A stretch of DNA of 64,000 nucleotides from an uncultured Eubacteriales bacterium (GTDB lineage: Bacteria; Bacillota; Clostridia; Christensenellales; UMGS416), in assembly GCA_900542005.1 (NCBI GenBank), contig UQLW01000011.1, positions 6,099-70,098 of the forward strand. The letters run 5' to 3'. Of the stretch, positions 26,172 through 35,292 are shown piece by piece. The notes under the pieces were generated by a model, which was given only the letters and a program-made list of their open reading frames with translations, was not told where the DNA came from and made no database searches. The position numbers were made by a program, and so were the translations under genes. How positions within the stretch are numbered: the stretch's first letter is position 1; every line of letters starts with the position of its first letter.

Positions 26172-27968
26172 CTATAGCGCCTCCAGGAACTGATATTGAG
26201 CGCGGGTGAGCTCATAGTATTCGCCCTTTTTAGCCATCAGCTCGTCATGGGTGCCGGCTTCCATGATCTTGCCATGATCCACCACCATAATGTTGTCGGC
26301 GGAGCGGATGGTGGAAAGCCGGTGAGCGATGACAAAGGAGGTGCGGTTCTTAAGCAGCACATCCAGCGCGCGCTGAATCAGAATTTCCGTATGGGTATCG
26401 ATGGCGGCCGTCGCCTCATCCAGGATCAGGATTTTGGGATCGGCCAATAGCGCGCGGGCAAAGGCAATGAGCTGCTTCTGCCCCACAGATAGCCGGGAGC
26501 CGCGCTCGTTTACCTGGGTATTATAGCCGTCCTCCATCCGCAGGATGAAGTCGTGGGCATGGACAGCCTTGGCCGCCTCGATGGCTTCTGCCTCGGTGGC
26601 ATCCTTACGGCCATAGCGGATATTGTCCATAATGGTACCGGAGAAGATGAAGGTATCCTGGAGCATGATGCCCATTTGCCGGCGCAGGGAAGATAGCTCC
26701 ACGTCGCGGACATCGTGGCCGTCTACCTTGACGGCGCCGCTGTGTACGTCATAGAACCGCGTGACAAGGTTGATAACGGTGGATTTGCCGGCGCCAGTAG
26801 GGCCGACCAGGGCGATGGTCTGGCCGGGCTCCGCCACGAAGGAGACGTCGTCCAGCACCACCTGCTGCGGATCGTAGCCAAAGGTTACATGATCGAACTC
26901 GACCCGGCCCTGGATGGGCGGCATCTCGGGCGCGCCGGGCTTGCTGTCCACGGAGATGGGGGTATCCATGATGTCATAGATGCGCTCCAGCGAGGCCATA
27001 GCGACGAGGATCTGATTGTACAGGTTGGCCAGGCCGTTGAGCGGGGCCCAAAAGCGGCCCAGGTACCAGATCATCGAAAGCAGCGTACCGACCGTAAGGT
27101 TCATAGCGGGATCCTGCATCCACCGCACGCCAAAGGAATAGATCAGGATGGAACCCAGCATGGAAATGATCTCAAAGGTAGGCCAGAACAGGTTATTGAT
27201 CCGGATGGCGGCCATCCAGGAGCGGTGAATATCCGCGTTGGTCTCCCGATAAATGGAGGCGTTCTCCTCCTCCCGGACATAGGCCTGGGTGACCCGCACA
27301 CCGGAGAGGCATTCATGCAGGTAACCGTTCATATTGGAAATCTTATGCCGGACCCTGCGCCAGGTGCGGGAGATGTGGGGCTTGAGGATGAAGATGAGGG
27401 CAAAGAGCAGCGGAAGGACCGAGAAGGAGACAAGGGCCAGCCGCCAGTCCAGAAAGAGCATGAGCCCAGCCACCATAAATACAGTCAGGATATTGCTCAG
27501 GGCGTTCACCAGGCCGTTGGCGAAAAGATCCAGCAGCGAATTGACGTCGTTGATGACGCGGACCATGATTTTGCCGGCCGAGCGGTTATCAAAGAAATCG
27601 AAGCCCAGGTTCTGGATGTGGTTGAAAAGATCCTCCCGCAGCGTTGCCAGGGCTTTGCGTCCGGCGATATCCATCAGCAGCACCTTAAAGCGAACCGCCA
27701 GCGCCGCGATGGTAGAAAAGGCAACCATCGCCAGGGCGTACCACTTCAGCACGGCATACCGCCCCTCGTTTACTGCGTCGACCGCGTCGCCCATCAGCAA
27801 GGGAGAGGCCAGACTGGTGGCGGAGGCGATGAACATCCACAGGATCGCAATGACCACGCTTTTCTTATAGGGGGCCAGATACCGGAACAGACGGCGCAGA
27901 TAGGCAGCGTTAATCGGCGCCTCCAGCACCTCGTCGTCCGTCATTTTCATCCGCTTGATTCTAGGCAT
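26172..27968 (-). CDS. ABC exporter, fused permease-ATPase (multidrug/lipid exporter type), subunit 2
   Basis: 598 aa. Six N-terminal TM segments, Walker A GPTGAGKST, LSVGQKQ, ILILDEATAAID. Confidence 0.88.
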   Translation of the reverse strand: MPRIKRMKMTDDEVLEAPINAAYLRRLFRYLAPYKKSVVIAILWMFIASATSLASPLLMGDAVDAVNEGRYAVLKWYALAMVAFSTIAALAVRFKVLLMDIAGRKALATLREDLFNHIQNLGFDFFDNRSAGKIMVRVINDVNSLLDLFANGLVNALSNILTVFMVAGLMLFLDWRLALVSFSVLPLLFALIFILKPHISRTWRRVRHKISNMNGYLHECLSGVRVTQAYVREEENASIYRETNADIHRSWMAAIRINNLFWPTFEIISMLGSILIYSFGVRWMQDPAMNLTVGTLLSMIWYLGRFWAPLNGLANLYNQILVAMASLERIYDIMDTPISVDSKPGAPEMPPIQGRVEFDHVTFGYDPQQVVLDDVSFVAEPGQTIALVGPTGAGKSTVINLVTRFYDVHSGAVKVDGHDVRDVELSSLRRQMGIMLQDTFIFSGTIMDNIRYGRKDATEAEAIEAAKAVHAHDFILRMEDGYNTQVNERGSRLSVGQKQLIAFARALLADPKILILDEATAAIDTHTEILIQRALDVLLKNRTSFVIAHRLSTIRSADNIMVVDHGKIMEAGTHDELMAKKGEYYELTRAQYQFLEAL

Positions 27969-29757
27969 TTTCCATCACCTTCCCTTCGCCCAGGATGGAT
28001 TGATAGTCTCGGTATTGGTCCATGAAGATGTCGTAATACAGCCCCTTCTTGGCCAATAGCTCGTCGTGCACGCCGCGCTCGGCGATAGCCCCATGATCCA
28101 GCACGATGATCTCATCGGCGTTCTTCACCGAGGAGATGCGGTGGGAGATGATGAAGGTCGTGCGGTTCTTGAGCACCTTCTTCAGACCGGCCTGGATGGC
28201 CGATTCAGTCTCCATGTCGATGGCGCTGGTGGAATCATCCAGGATCAGGATCTTAGGATCCAGGGCGATCGCCCGGGCGATGGCTACGCGCTGCTTCTGA
28301 CCGCCGGAGAGGCCCATGCCGCGCTCACCCACCACGGTGTCATATCCATCATCCAGCTGGTCAATGAATTCCTTGGCCTGAGCGATTTCGGCCGCCTGGC
28401 GGACGGCCTCCTCGGTGAGGTCGGGGTTGCCAAAGGCAATGTTGCCCTCCAGCGAATCGGAAAAGAGGAAGGTTTCCTGGGGCACATAGCCCAGCTGGCG
28501 GCGCAGCTCCTTGAGCTTATATTGCTTCACGTCGATGCCATCGATGGTGACCGCGCCGCTTTGACATTCATAGAAGCGGCCCAGCAGGTTGACAATGCTG
28601 GTCTTGCCGCTGCCGGTAGCGCCCATGATGGCTACCGTGTGGCCGGCCGGCACATCGAGGCAGATGTCCTTCAGCACGGGCTCGTCGTCGTAACGGAAGT
28701 CAACATGGTCGAAGACCACATGGCCCTGGAAGCTTTTGGGGAATTGGGGATTGTCGCATTCCTTGATCTCCGAGCCAATATCCATATAATAGAAGATGCG
28801 CTCGCCGGAGGAGGAGCATTGGCTGATCATATTCAGGATATTCACAAGCTGGCGCATGGGATCGGTAATCATCCAAAGATAGCCGAAAATCGTAACCACA
28901 TCGCCGGGCGTAAGGGAGCCGCCCTGGGCCAGCATGCCGCCCACCAGCAGCACCGCGGCGGGGAAGGCGGAGGCGATGAATTCGATGATGGGATGGAAGT
29001 TGCTCCAGATGACGGAGATACGGATGCCGCAGTCACGATGCTTGCGGTTTTCGTCGGCAAATTCTACCTTTTCCTGCTGCTCCTGGGAATAGGCTTTCAC
29101 CACGCGGATACCGGAGATGTTTTCCTGGGCCTTGGTGTTCAGCACAGCGCCCTGATCCCGGATTGCATTAAAGGCCGGCCGGATGGTGCGGTCAAACTTA
29201 TACCCCACAAAGGCCAGGATGGGCGTGAGCACAAGAAACAGGACGGCAAGCTGAGGCGCGATGAGGAAAATCATAATCATGGCGCCGATAAAATGGAAGG
29301 ATTGCTCCACAATGGTGATCAGGCCGCCGGCGATAAAATTCCGGATGGCCTCTACGTCGCCAGTGAGACGGGACATGATCTCGCCGATGCGGTGATGGTC
29401 GTAAAAGCGGAAGGGCAGCTCGTGCAGGTGCTCGAACAACGTCTGCCGGATGGTAAAAATCACGTTTTGTGAAATGTTCTCAAACACCAGGCCCCTTAAA
29501 TACATAAGAAGCGCGATGCAGGAGAACAGCACGGCGTAGATGGTGAGCATCCGTGGCAGCAGCCCATAGTTGCCGGCACTGATCACATCGTCTACGATGA
29601 TGCCGCTGATCTTCGGCGCGTAGAGTCGTCCCGCCTGCAGCACCAGGATCATGAGAAATCCGATGATCAGGCTTTTTTTGTGCGGCGCCAGCATACCCAG
29701 GATTCGTTTGATAATGTTGATGGTAATTCCCCCCTTTTGCTCGCGGCGGCGCTCCAA
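27961..29757 (-). CDS. ABC exporter, fused permease-ATPase, subunit 1
   Basis: 598 aa. GATGSGKTS, LSGGQKQRVAIARA, ILILDDSTSAID. 8-nt overlap with the downstream partner. The exact start (TTG at 29757) is uncertain. Confidence 0.85.
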   Translation of the reverse strand: MERRREQKGGITINIIKRILGMLAPHKKSLIIGFLMILVLQAGRLYAPKISGIIVDDVISAGNYGLLPRMLTIYAVLFSCIALLMYLRGLVFENISQNVIFTIRQTLFEHLHELPFRFYDHHRIGEIMSRLTGDVEAIRNFIAGGLITIVEQSFHFIGAMIMIFLIAPQLAVLFLVLTPILAFVGYKFDRTIRPAFNAIRDQGAVLNTKAQENISGIRVVKAYSQEQQEKVEFADENRKHRDCGIRISVIWSNFHPIIEFIASAFPAAVLLVGGMLAQGGSLTPGDVVTIFGYLWMITDPMRQLVNILNMISQCSSSGERIFYYMDIGSEIKECDNPQFPKSFQGHVVFDHVDFRYDDEPVLKDICLDVPAGHTVAIMGATGSGKTSIVNLLGRFYECQSGAVTIDGIDVKQYKLKELRRQLGYVPQETFLFSDSLEGNIAFGNPDLTEEAVRQAAEIAQAKEFIDQLDDGYDTVVGERGMGLSGGQKQRVAIARAIALDPKILILDDSTSAIDMETESAIQAGLKKVLKNRTTFIISHRISSVKNADEIIVLDHGAIAERGVHDELLAKKGLYYDIFMDQYRDYQSILGEGKVMENA

Positions 29758-30154
29758 AGCGGGCCGGCGCCCTCCTCAAAGCGATGCCCCCGCCGCTTCC
29801 TTATGACTTACCCGTCATGGAAAGCATACCCAATTCCGTTTGGGCTGACCATAGAGATGATGCACGAATTGGTGGTTAATTTTATACAGGGCGTGAGAAG
29901 TGTCGGATGCCATACCCTGAAATGACTGTAAACATGGAATGAAATGACCAATCCAACCGCTGTCATCTGAACGGTTTGCTGCGTCCATGGCGTGTCTGAT
30001 TATTATACACCTAAATGCTTTTCTTGGAAGCGATAAATTCTTTTTATATCCTACGAAATTTGGAAAATTATGCGCAAAGCGCCAGGATGGCCTGGTCATG
30101 GGCGGGGGGACTATGGTAGGATGAGAACCATCGGAGAAGAGGGAGCGAAGACGG

Positions 30155-31399
30155 ATGAAACGATTTTTTACCGGCCCCGTGCGGGAGGGCTGCTATCATC
30201 TGCACTTTTTTTTGACGGCATTGTCCTCCTGCGCCTATGGCAGCTTTCTCAATGTGTATTTGGGCGATCTGGGCTATGGCGCCATGGTAATCGGGCTGTT
30301 CTCCACGGTTCCCTCCCTGCTGGGGCTGCTGCTGCAGCCGCTGCTGGCCGCCTGGACCGACCGCACCCGCCGCAAAATGGGCGCGATGGCGTGCCTGACA
30401 GCGGTCAGCGCCGGCGCCATGGCGCTCATGCTGCTCCTGCGGCCCCGATATGGCCCTGATTCCTTTTCCGCAGGCGTGCTGATGGCCGTTCACACCGGCT
30501 ACCTGGCCTTCAGCGGAGCGGCCAACGCGCTGAATACGGCGGTGCTGATGCGGCACCTGTCGGCGCAGGGAGCCTCTGACCGGTATGGGCGGATCCGCGT
30601 CAGCTGGACGGCGGGCTTTGCGGTGGGCGGCGTATGGGTGGGCAGGATCAGCCAGGCCGACCCTGCTGGCTTTATTCCCTTTGCCGTGGCGGCGGCGCTG
30701 CTTTCGCTGGCTGTGCTGCCGCTTTTGCCGTGGCGGCAGGTGGAGCGTCTCCGGGCGGCGGAATCCGGCCCCAAGGGCCGGGTATCCTTTCGCAGCCTGC
30801 TGGGCTATCGGGAGCTGTGGTGCCTGACCGGCATCGTGTTCATGATCGCCCTGGCCAACTCCTTCACCTATACCTTTTTGCCCACCTTTTTCATGACCCT
30901 TCCAGGCGCAGACAACGAGGCCTTTGGCTGGTGCATCTCGCTGCGCACCGTGACGGAGGTCCCCGTGCTGCTGGGTATGGGGTGGATTATGGGGCGGTTG
31001 GGCGTCAAAAAGACGCTGCTGATCCCGGCTGTGTCTACGGTAATCCGGTGGCTGCTGGTAGCGCTTTTCCCTACGCCGGGCGTGGTCCTGGCGACCCAGC
31101 TGCTGCACGGCTTTGGATATGTCGTCTATTCGGTAGCCATGACCCGCTATGTGGCCGACACGCTGCCTGATGCAATCGGCGGCACCGCGCAGAACCTGGT
31201 GGCCCTGCTGACCGTCACCCTGCCAACCCTGGCAGGGGGGCTGCTGGGCGGCCTTGTCATCGAAACCTGGGGGCTGGGCTATATGGCCTGCATCGGCGGG
31301 ATGATCGCCCTGGATATCCTGGCGCTGGCGGCCCTTATCGTCCTTTTGCTCCGGCGGCCTGATGATGCTTGTGAAAAGGACAAAGGTATGATAGGATAA
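30155..31399 (+). CDS. MFS transporter
   Basis: 414 aa with about 12 hydrophobic helices. LLQPLLAAWTDRTRRK loop 2-3 motif. Confidence 0.8.
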   Translation: MKRFFTGPVREGCYHLHFFLTALSSCAYGSFLNVYLGDLGYGAMVIGLFSTVPSLLGLLLQPLLAAWTDRTRRKMGAMACLTAVSAGAMALMLLLRPRYGPDSFSAGVLMAVHTGYLAFSGAANALNTAVLMRHLSAQGASDRYGRIRVSWTAGFAVGGVWVGRISQADPAGFIPFAVAAALLSLAVLPLLPWRQVERLRAAESGPKGRVSFRSLLGYRELWCLTGIVFMIALANSFTYTFLPTFFMTLPGADNEAFGWCISLRTVTEVPVLLGMGWIMGRLGVKKTLLIPAVSTVIRWLLVALFPTPGVVLATQLLHGFGYVVYSVAMTRYVADTLPDAIGGTAQNLVALLTVTLPTLAGGLLGGLVIETWGLGYMACIGGMIALDILALAALIVLLLRRPDDACEKDKGMIG

Positions 31400-31553
31400 A
31401 CCCGGTAAGCAGATAGAAATATACCGATAGACGAGACCGAAGAGAACCGGATGCCGGCCTGAAAGGGTGCGGGTTTTGTAGCGGACGGCCCCTTGCGTCC
31501 CGGCTCTTGGTAATGGCGTGCGCGCCGCGGAAAAATGAGAAGAGAGGGAGACG

Positions 31554-32915
31554 ATGTTTCGTAGATTGTTGGGCGACCGGCACTTTTACGGAAGGATGAT
31601 GGCGCTGGTGCTGCCGGTGGCGCTGCAGAATTTGCTGTCAAATTCGCTGGCGCTGGTGGATAATATTATGGTGGGCCAGCTGGGTGAGATATCTGTGGCG
31701 GCAGTGGGATTGGCCGGCCAGTGGAGCTATATGATCAATATGTTTTTCTTTGGGGCTTCATCGGGCGCGGCGGTGCTCATCGCTCAATATTACGGGGCCG
31801 GCGACAGCCTGGGCGTGCGGCAGAGCTATGGGCTTTCCATCCTGACGATGATGGCGGTGGCGCTGCCCATGATGGCGGTATCCCTGCTGTTTCCCGAGGG
31901 CTCCATGCGGATATTCTCCCAGGACGAGGCGGTGATCCAGGCGGGCGTCGGTTACCTGAAGGTGATGGCCCTGTCCTATCCGCTGCAGGCGCTGGCCTAT
32001 GGCACCATGTCGGCTATGCGCTCCATCGGCCAGGTCCGGCTGCCGCTGGTGGCGGGCGTGGTTTCCATGCTGGTCAATGTGGCCTTTAATTATGTGCTTA
32101 TTTTCGGCAGGCTGGGCTTCCCGGCCATGGGGGCCACCGGGGCGGCCGTGGCCTCGGTATTTGCCTGCCTTGTCCAGCTTGTCATCATCCTCATTTCAGC
32201 ATACCGGGCCCGCTCCCCAATCCTGGGGCCGCTGCGGCAGATGCTGCCCCGGGGCTGGGGCTTTGTAGGCAAGTACCTGCGCCTGGCCATGCCGGTTATT
32301 CTCAACGAAGGCCTGTGGGGCGTGTGCATGAGCCTGCTTTCCCTCATTTTTGCCCGCATCGGTACCGCCGATTATGCGGCTTATAACATCATGCGCAACC
32401 TAGAGGGCGTGGCCATGAGCTTCTTCTGGGGCATGGGGCCCGCCTGCAGCGTGCTGATCGGTTCCCCCCTGGGCCGGGGCGACCGGCAAACGGCCTGGGA
32501 TAACGCGATGCGGTTTTTGATCCTGGGCCCGGTACTGGCCATCGCGGCGGGGCTCATGGTGATCGTCCTGCGCTGGCCGATTCTAAGCTGCTATCATGTC
32601 TCGCAGGATGTGCTGGACAAGGCGAACCTCTTGCTGATCGTCTTTGGCAGCCTGTTGGTTTTCCGGAATTTCAATTATTTTTCCATTGTCGGCGTGCTGC
32701 GCTCCGGCGGCGATACGACGGTGGCCGCAGCCATTGACCTGGGCTCCGTGTGGCTTATTGCCCTGCCGATGGCCCTGCTGGGGGCGCTGGTGCTGAAGCT
32801 GCCCGGGCATATTGTCTTTATCATGATTACCGTGGCGGATGTTGTGAAGTCGGCGCTCTCCCTTTGGCGGATCCGCACCCGCAAATGGATGAACACGCTG
32901 ACGGCCGCCCAATAA
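31554..32915 (+). CDS. MATE-family efflux transporter
   Basis: 453 aa. LPVALQNLLSNSLALVDNIMVGQLG and a duplicated 6-TM architecture. Confidence 0.88.
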   Translation: MFRRLLGDRHFYGRMMALVLPVALQNLLSNSLALVDNIMVGQLGEISVAAVGLAGQWSYMINMFFFGASSGAAVLIAQYYGAGDSLGVRQSYGLSILTMMAVALPMMAVSLLFPEGSMRIFSQDEAVIQAGVGYLKVMALSYPLQALAYGTMSAMRSIGQVRLPLVAGVVSMLVNVAFNYVLIFGRLGFPAMGATGAAVASVFACLVQLVIILISAYRARSPILGPLRQMLPRGWGFVGKYLRLAMPVILNEGLWGVCMSLLSLIFARIGTADYAAYNIMRNLEGVAMSFFWGMGPACSVLIGSPLGRGDRQTAWDNAMRFLILGPVLAIAAGLMVIVLRWPILSCYHVSQDVLDKANLLLIVFGSLLVFRNFNYFSIVGVLRSGGDTTVAAAIDLGSVWLIALPMALLGALVLKLPGHIVFIMITVADVVKSALSLWRIRTRKWMNTLTAAQ

Positions 32916-32930
32916 GGAAGAGGTATGAGG

Positions 32931-33761
32931 ATGAGTCAGGAAATCGAGCTGGTGGGTAAGATCGGATCCATGGCGCTGATCCGGCGGGAGGATCTCGATA
33001 TCGATTACAACATATTTTCCAGGCTGGGGCACGACCTTCATCCGGGCATGATCTGGGTGTCCTCCGGCGCCACGGAAATCGGCCGCCTGGACTACATGCG
33101 GCGCAACGGCGGCGAGGTGCTCCATGGCGATTCGGAGGAGGATAAATCCGACTATGCGGCGCAGGGCCAGTCCATCCTGATGGAGAATTACCGCCGGTAT
33201 ATTGATCCCAAGTATTCGGTACGGCAGCTATTGGTAGAGCATACGCATTTCAACGATCCGGTCAAGCGGGAACAGATCAAATCCTTCCTCCTGCGGCAGC
33301 CCCGGCAGGGCGCGGTGCCCATCATTAACTATAACGATCCGGTTTCCTTTGAGGAGAACCGGCGGATGGAGCTGGCGACCCTGCGCCATCAGGGGATGCG
33401 GGAGGTCGTGGAGTGTGTGGATAACGATGAGACCGCCTCGGTGATCGCCCGGCTGGTCCGCGCCAAGCTGCTCGTCATCATGACCAGCGTGGAGGGCATT
33501 TACCGGGATCCAGCCGACCCGTCCACGTTGGTGGGGGAGATCACCGGCCGCGATGCTCAAGCGGTTGTGGAAAATATCCGCGCCATGCAGCAGCGCTGCG
33601 TCGGTGCCAGCCGCGCGGGCGCGGGCGGCGCCCGCGCCAAGCTGGAATTTATCGTAGAGCCGGTCTGCGCGGGAACCACGGTCATTATCGGCCATGCCCG
33701 GCACCGGCTGCAGGACCTCGTGGCGGGGCGCGTCCCCTGCACGCGGGTGGGCTGCTGGTAG
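32931..33761 (+). CDS. Amino-acid-kinase-family protein, divergent glutamate-5-kinase (ProB)-like, no PUA domain
   Basis: About 276 aa. VGKIGSMALI, WVSSGATEIG, AAQGQSILM, PIINYNDPVS, DNDETASVIARLV..LLVIMTSVEGIY parallel ProB motifs but with substitutions. Start is ATG 32931 (AAGGAAGAGG upstream) or 32925. Confidence 0.55.
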   Translation: MSQEIELVGKIGSMALIRREDLDIDYNIFSRLGHDLHPGMIWVSSGATEIGRLDYMRRNGGEVLHGDSEEDKSDYAAQGQSILMENYRRYIDPKYSVRQLLVEHTHFNDPVKREQIKSFLLRQPRQGAVPIINYNDPVSFEENRRMELATLRHQGMREVVECVDNDETASVIARLVRAKLLVIMTSVEGIYRDPADPSTLVGEITGRDAQAVVENIRAMQQRCVGASRAGAGGARAKLEFIVEPVCAGTTVIIGHARHRLQDLVAGRVPCTRVGCW

Positions 33762-33824
33762 GGACCGGGCGGAAGGCGCCGCACTGGGCCGGGAAACCTG
33801 GCGCCTTGGCGGAAAGACGGAGTG

Positions 33825-33850
33825 AAAAGGCGGTATATACCGCCTTTTTT
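33825..33850 (+). terminator. Rho-independent terminator
   Basis: AAAAGGCGGTAT/ATACCGCCTTTT followed by a T-run. Confidence 0.85.
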
Positions 33851-33892
33851 CTTCGGTCCTCTTCAGGGAGAGGCCCCGGAGAAATCAAAAAA

Positions 33893-34042
33893 ATGCAAAA
33901 AGAGGCTTTCGGGGGTTGCATATTGGCAATTGACGTGTTAATATGAGTCTACTTGCATGTTGGAAGCATAGTATGTTGCATAAGGCCAGAGGAAAAGGCT
34001 GAATTATACCTTGTAACCAAAGGCCGTCACAGAAAAATGCAA
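33893..34042. repeat. Cluster of five TTGCAT/ATGCAA hexamers upstream of aspB
   Basis: ATGCAA at 33893 and 34037. TTGCAT at 33916, 33953 and 33976. Two copies share TTGCATNTTGG. Confidence 0.6.
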
Positions 34043-34086
34043 GTAATGATAATATAAATTTCATTTTACCGAGGAGGCGTTTTGAT

Positions 34087-35280
34087 ATGGAATTATCCAG
34101 GAAGGCGATGGCGATCGCCGATTCCGTAACGCTGGCGATTGACGCCAAGGCCAAGGCCATGGCCGGCGAAGGGATCGACGTGGTGGGCTTCGGCGCAGGG
34201 GAGCCGGATTTTAATACGCCGCAGTTTATCTGCGACGCCGCGAAAAAGGCGATCGATGAAGGAAAAACGCGCTATACCCCCGTATCGGGCACCCTGGGCC
34301 TGCGGGAGGCGATCTGCGGCAAGCTGGCCCGGGAAAACGGCCTGGCCTACGAGCCCGGACAGATCGTTGTAAGCAATGGCGCCAAGCATTCGCTTTTTAA
34401 TACCTTTCAAGCGCTGCTTAACCCCGGCGACGAGGTCATCATCCCCGCACCCTACTGGGTTTCGTATCCGGAGCTGGTCAAGATCGCCGACGGCACGCCG
34501 GTTTTTGTGCCGACCAGCGAAGAAAACGGCTTCAAGATGCGCCTGGAGGCGCTGCGCAGCGCGGTGACGCCCCGTACCAAGGCGCTGGTGCTCTGCAATC
34601 CCTGTAATCCTACCGGCGCAATGTATACCGCCGAGGAGCTGAAGCCGATTGCCGAACTGGCGGTGGAAAAGGGCTTTTTCGTGATTGCCGATGAAATCTA
34701 TGAAAAGCTGGTGTATGGCGGCCTGCGCTTTACCTCCATCGCCTCCTTGGGGGAGGATATCAAGCGCCAGACCATTGTCATCAACGGCGCCTCCAAGGCC
34801 TTTGCCATGACGGGCTGGCGCATCGGCTACACGGCCTGCGAAAAGCCCATCGCAAAGCTGATGAGCAACCTGCAAAGCCAGGCGACCAGCAACGCCAATT
34901 CAGTGGCCCAGTACGCGATGGAGGCGGCCATGACGCAGCCCTGCCGCGAGCTGCCCATGATGGTGGAGGAATTTGACCGCCGGAGGCTGCTGCTTTGCGA
35001 CGGGATCAACGCCATTGAGGGACTTTCCTGCCGGTATCCTGAAGGCGCCTTTTATGTGCTGATGAACATTACGGGCGTGATCGGGAAAAAATACCGCGAG
35101 GAGACGATTTCAGATTCTATGACCTTTGCGCGCCTCTTGCTGGAGGCTTATCATGTGGCGGTGGTGCCTGGCGTGGCCTTTGGCTGCGAGGGCTATACGC
35201 GGCTGAGCTATGCCACCGGCCGGGAGCGGATTTCCGAAGGGCTTCGGCGCATGGCCGCCTTTGTCCGCGATTTAACATAG
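34087..35280 (+). CDS. PLP-dependent aspartate/aromatic aminotransferase (class I)
   Basis: 397 aa. GEPDFNTP, NPCNPTG and INGASKAFAMTGWRIGY (PLP lysine) motifs. Confidence 0.9.
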   Translation: MELSRKAMAIADSVTLAIDAKAKAMAGEGIDVVGFGAGEPDFNTPQFICDAAKKAIDEGKTRYTPVSGTLGLREAICGKLARENGLAYEPGQIVVSNGAKHSLFNTFQALLNPGDEVIIPAPYWVSYPELVKIADGTPVFVPTSEENGFKMRLEALRSAVTPRTKALVLCNPCNPTGAMYTAEELKPIAELAVEKGFFVIADEIYEKLVYGGLRFTSIASLGEDIKRQTIVINGASKAFAMTGWRIGYTACEKPIAKLMSNLQSQATSNANSVAQYAMEAAMTQPCRELPMMVEEFDRRRLLLCDGINAIEGLSCRYPEGAFYVLMNITGVIGKKYREETISDSMTFARLLLEAYHVAVVPGVAFGCEGYTRLSYATGRERISEGLRRMAAFVRDLT

Positions 35281-35292
35281 GGAGGGTAGAGC

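Noticed and set aside
29815-30099. 94-aa minus-strand ORF in the ABC/MFS intergenic region.
   Set aside because: It has no SD at either candidate ATG, A/T-rich non-coding-like composition and no recognisable motif. I treated it as part of a leader or promoter region.
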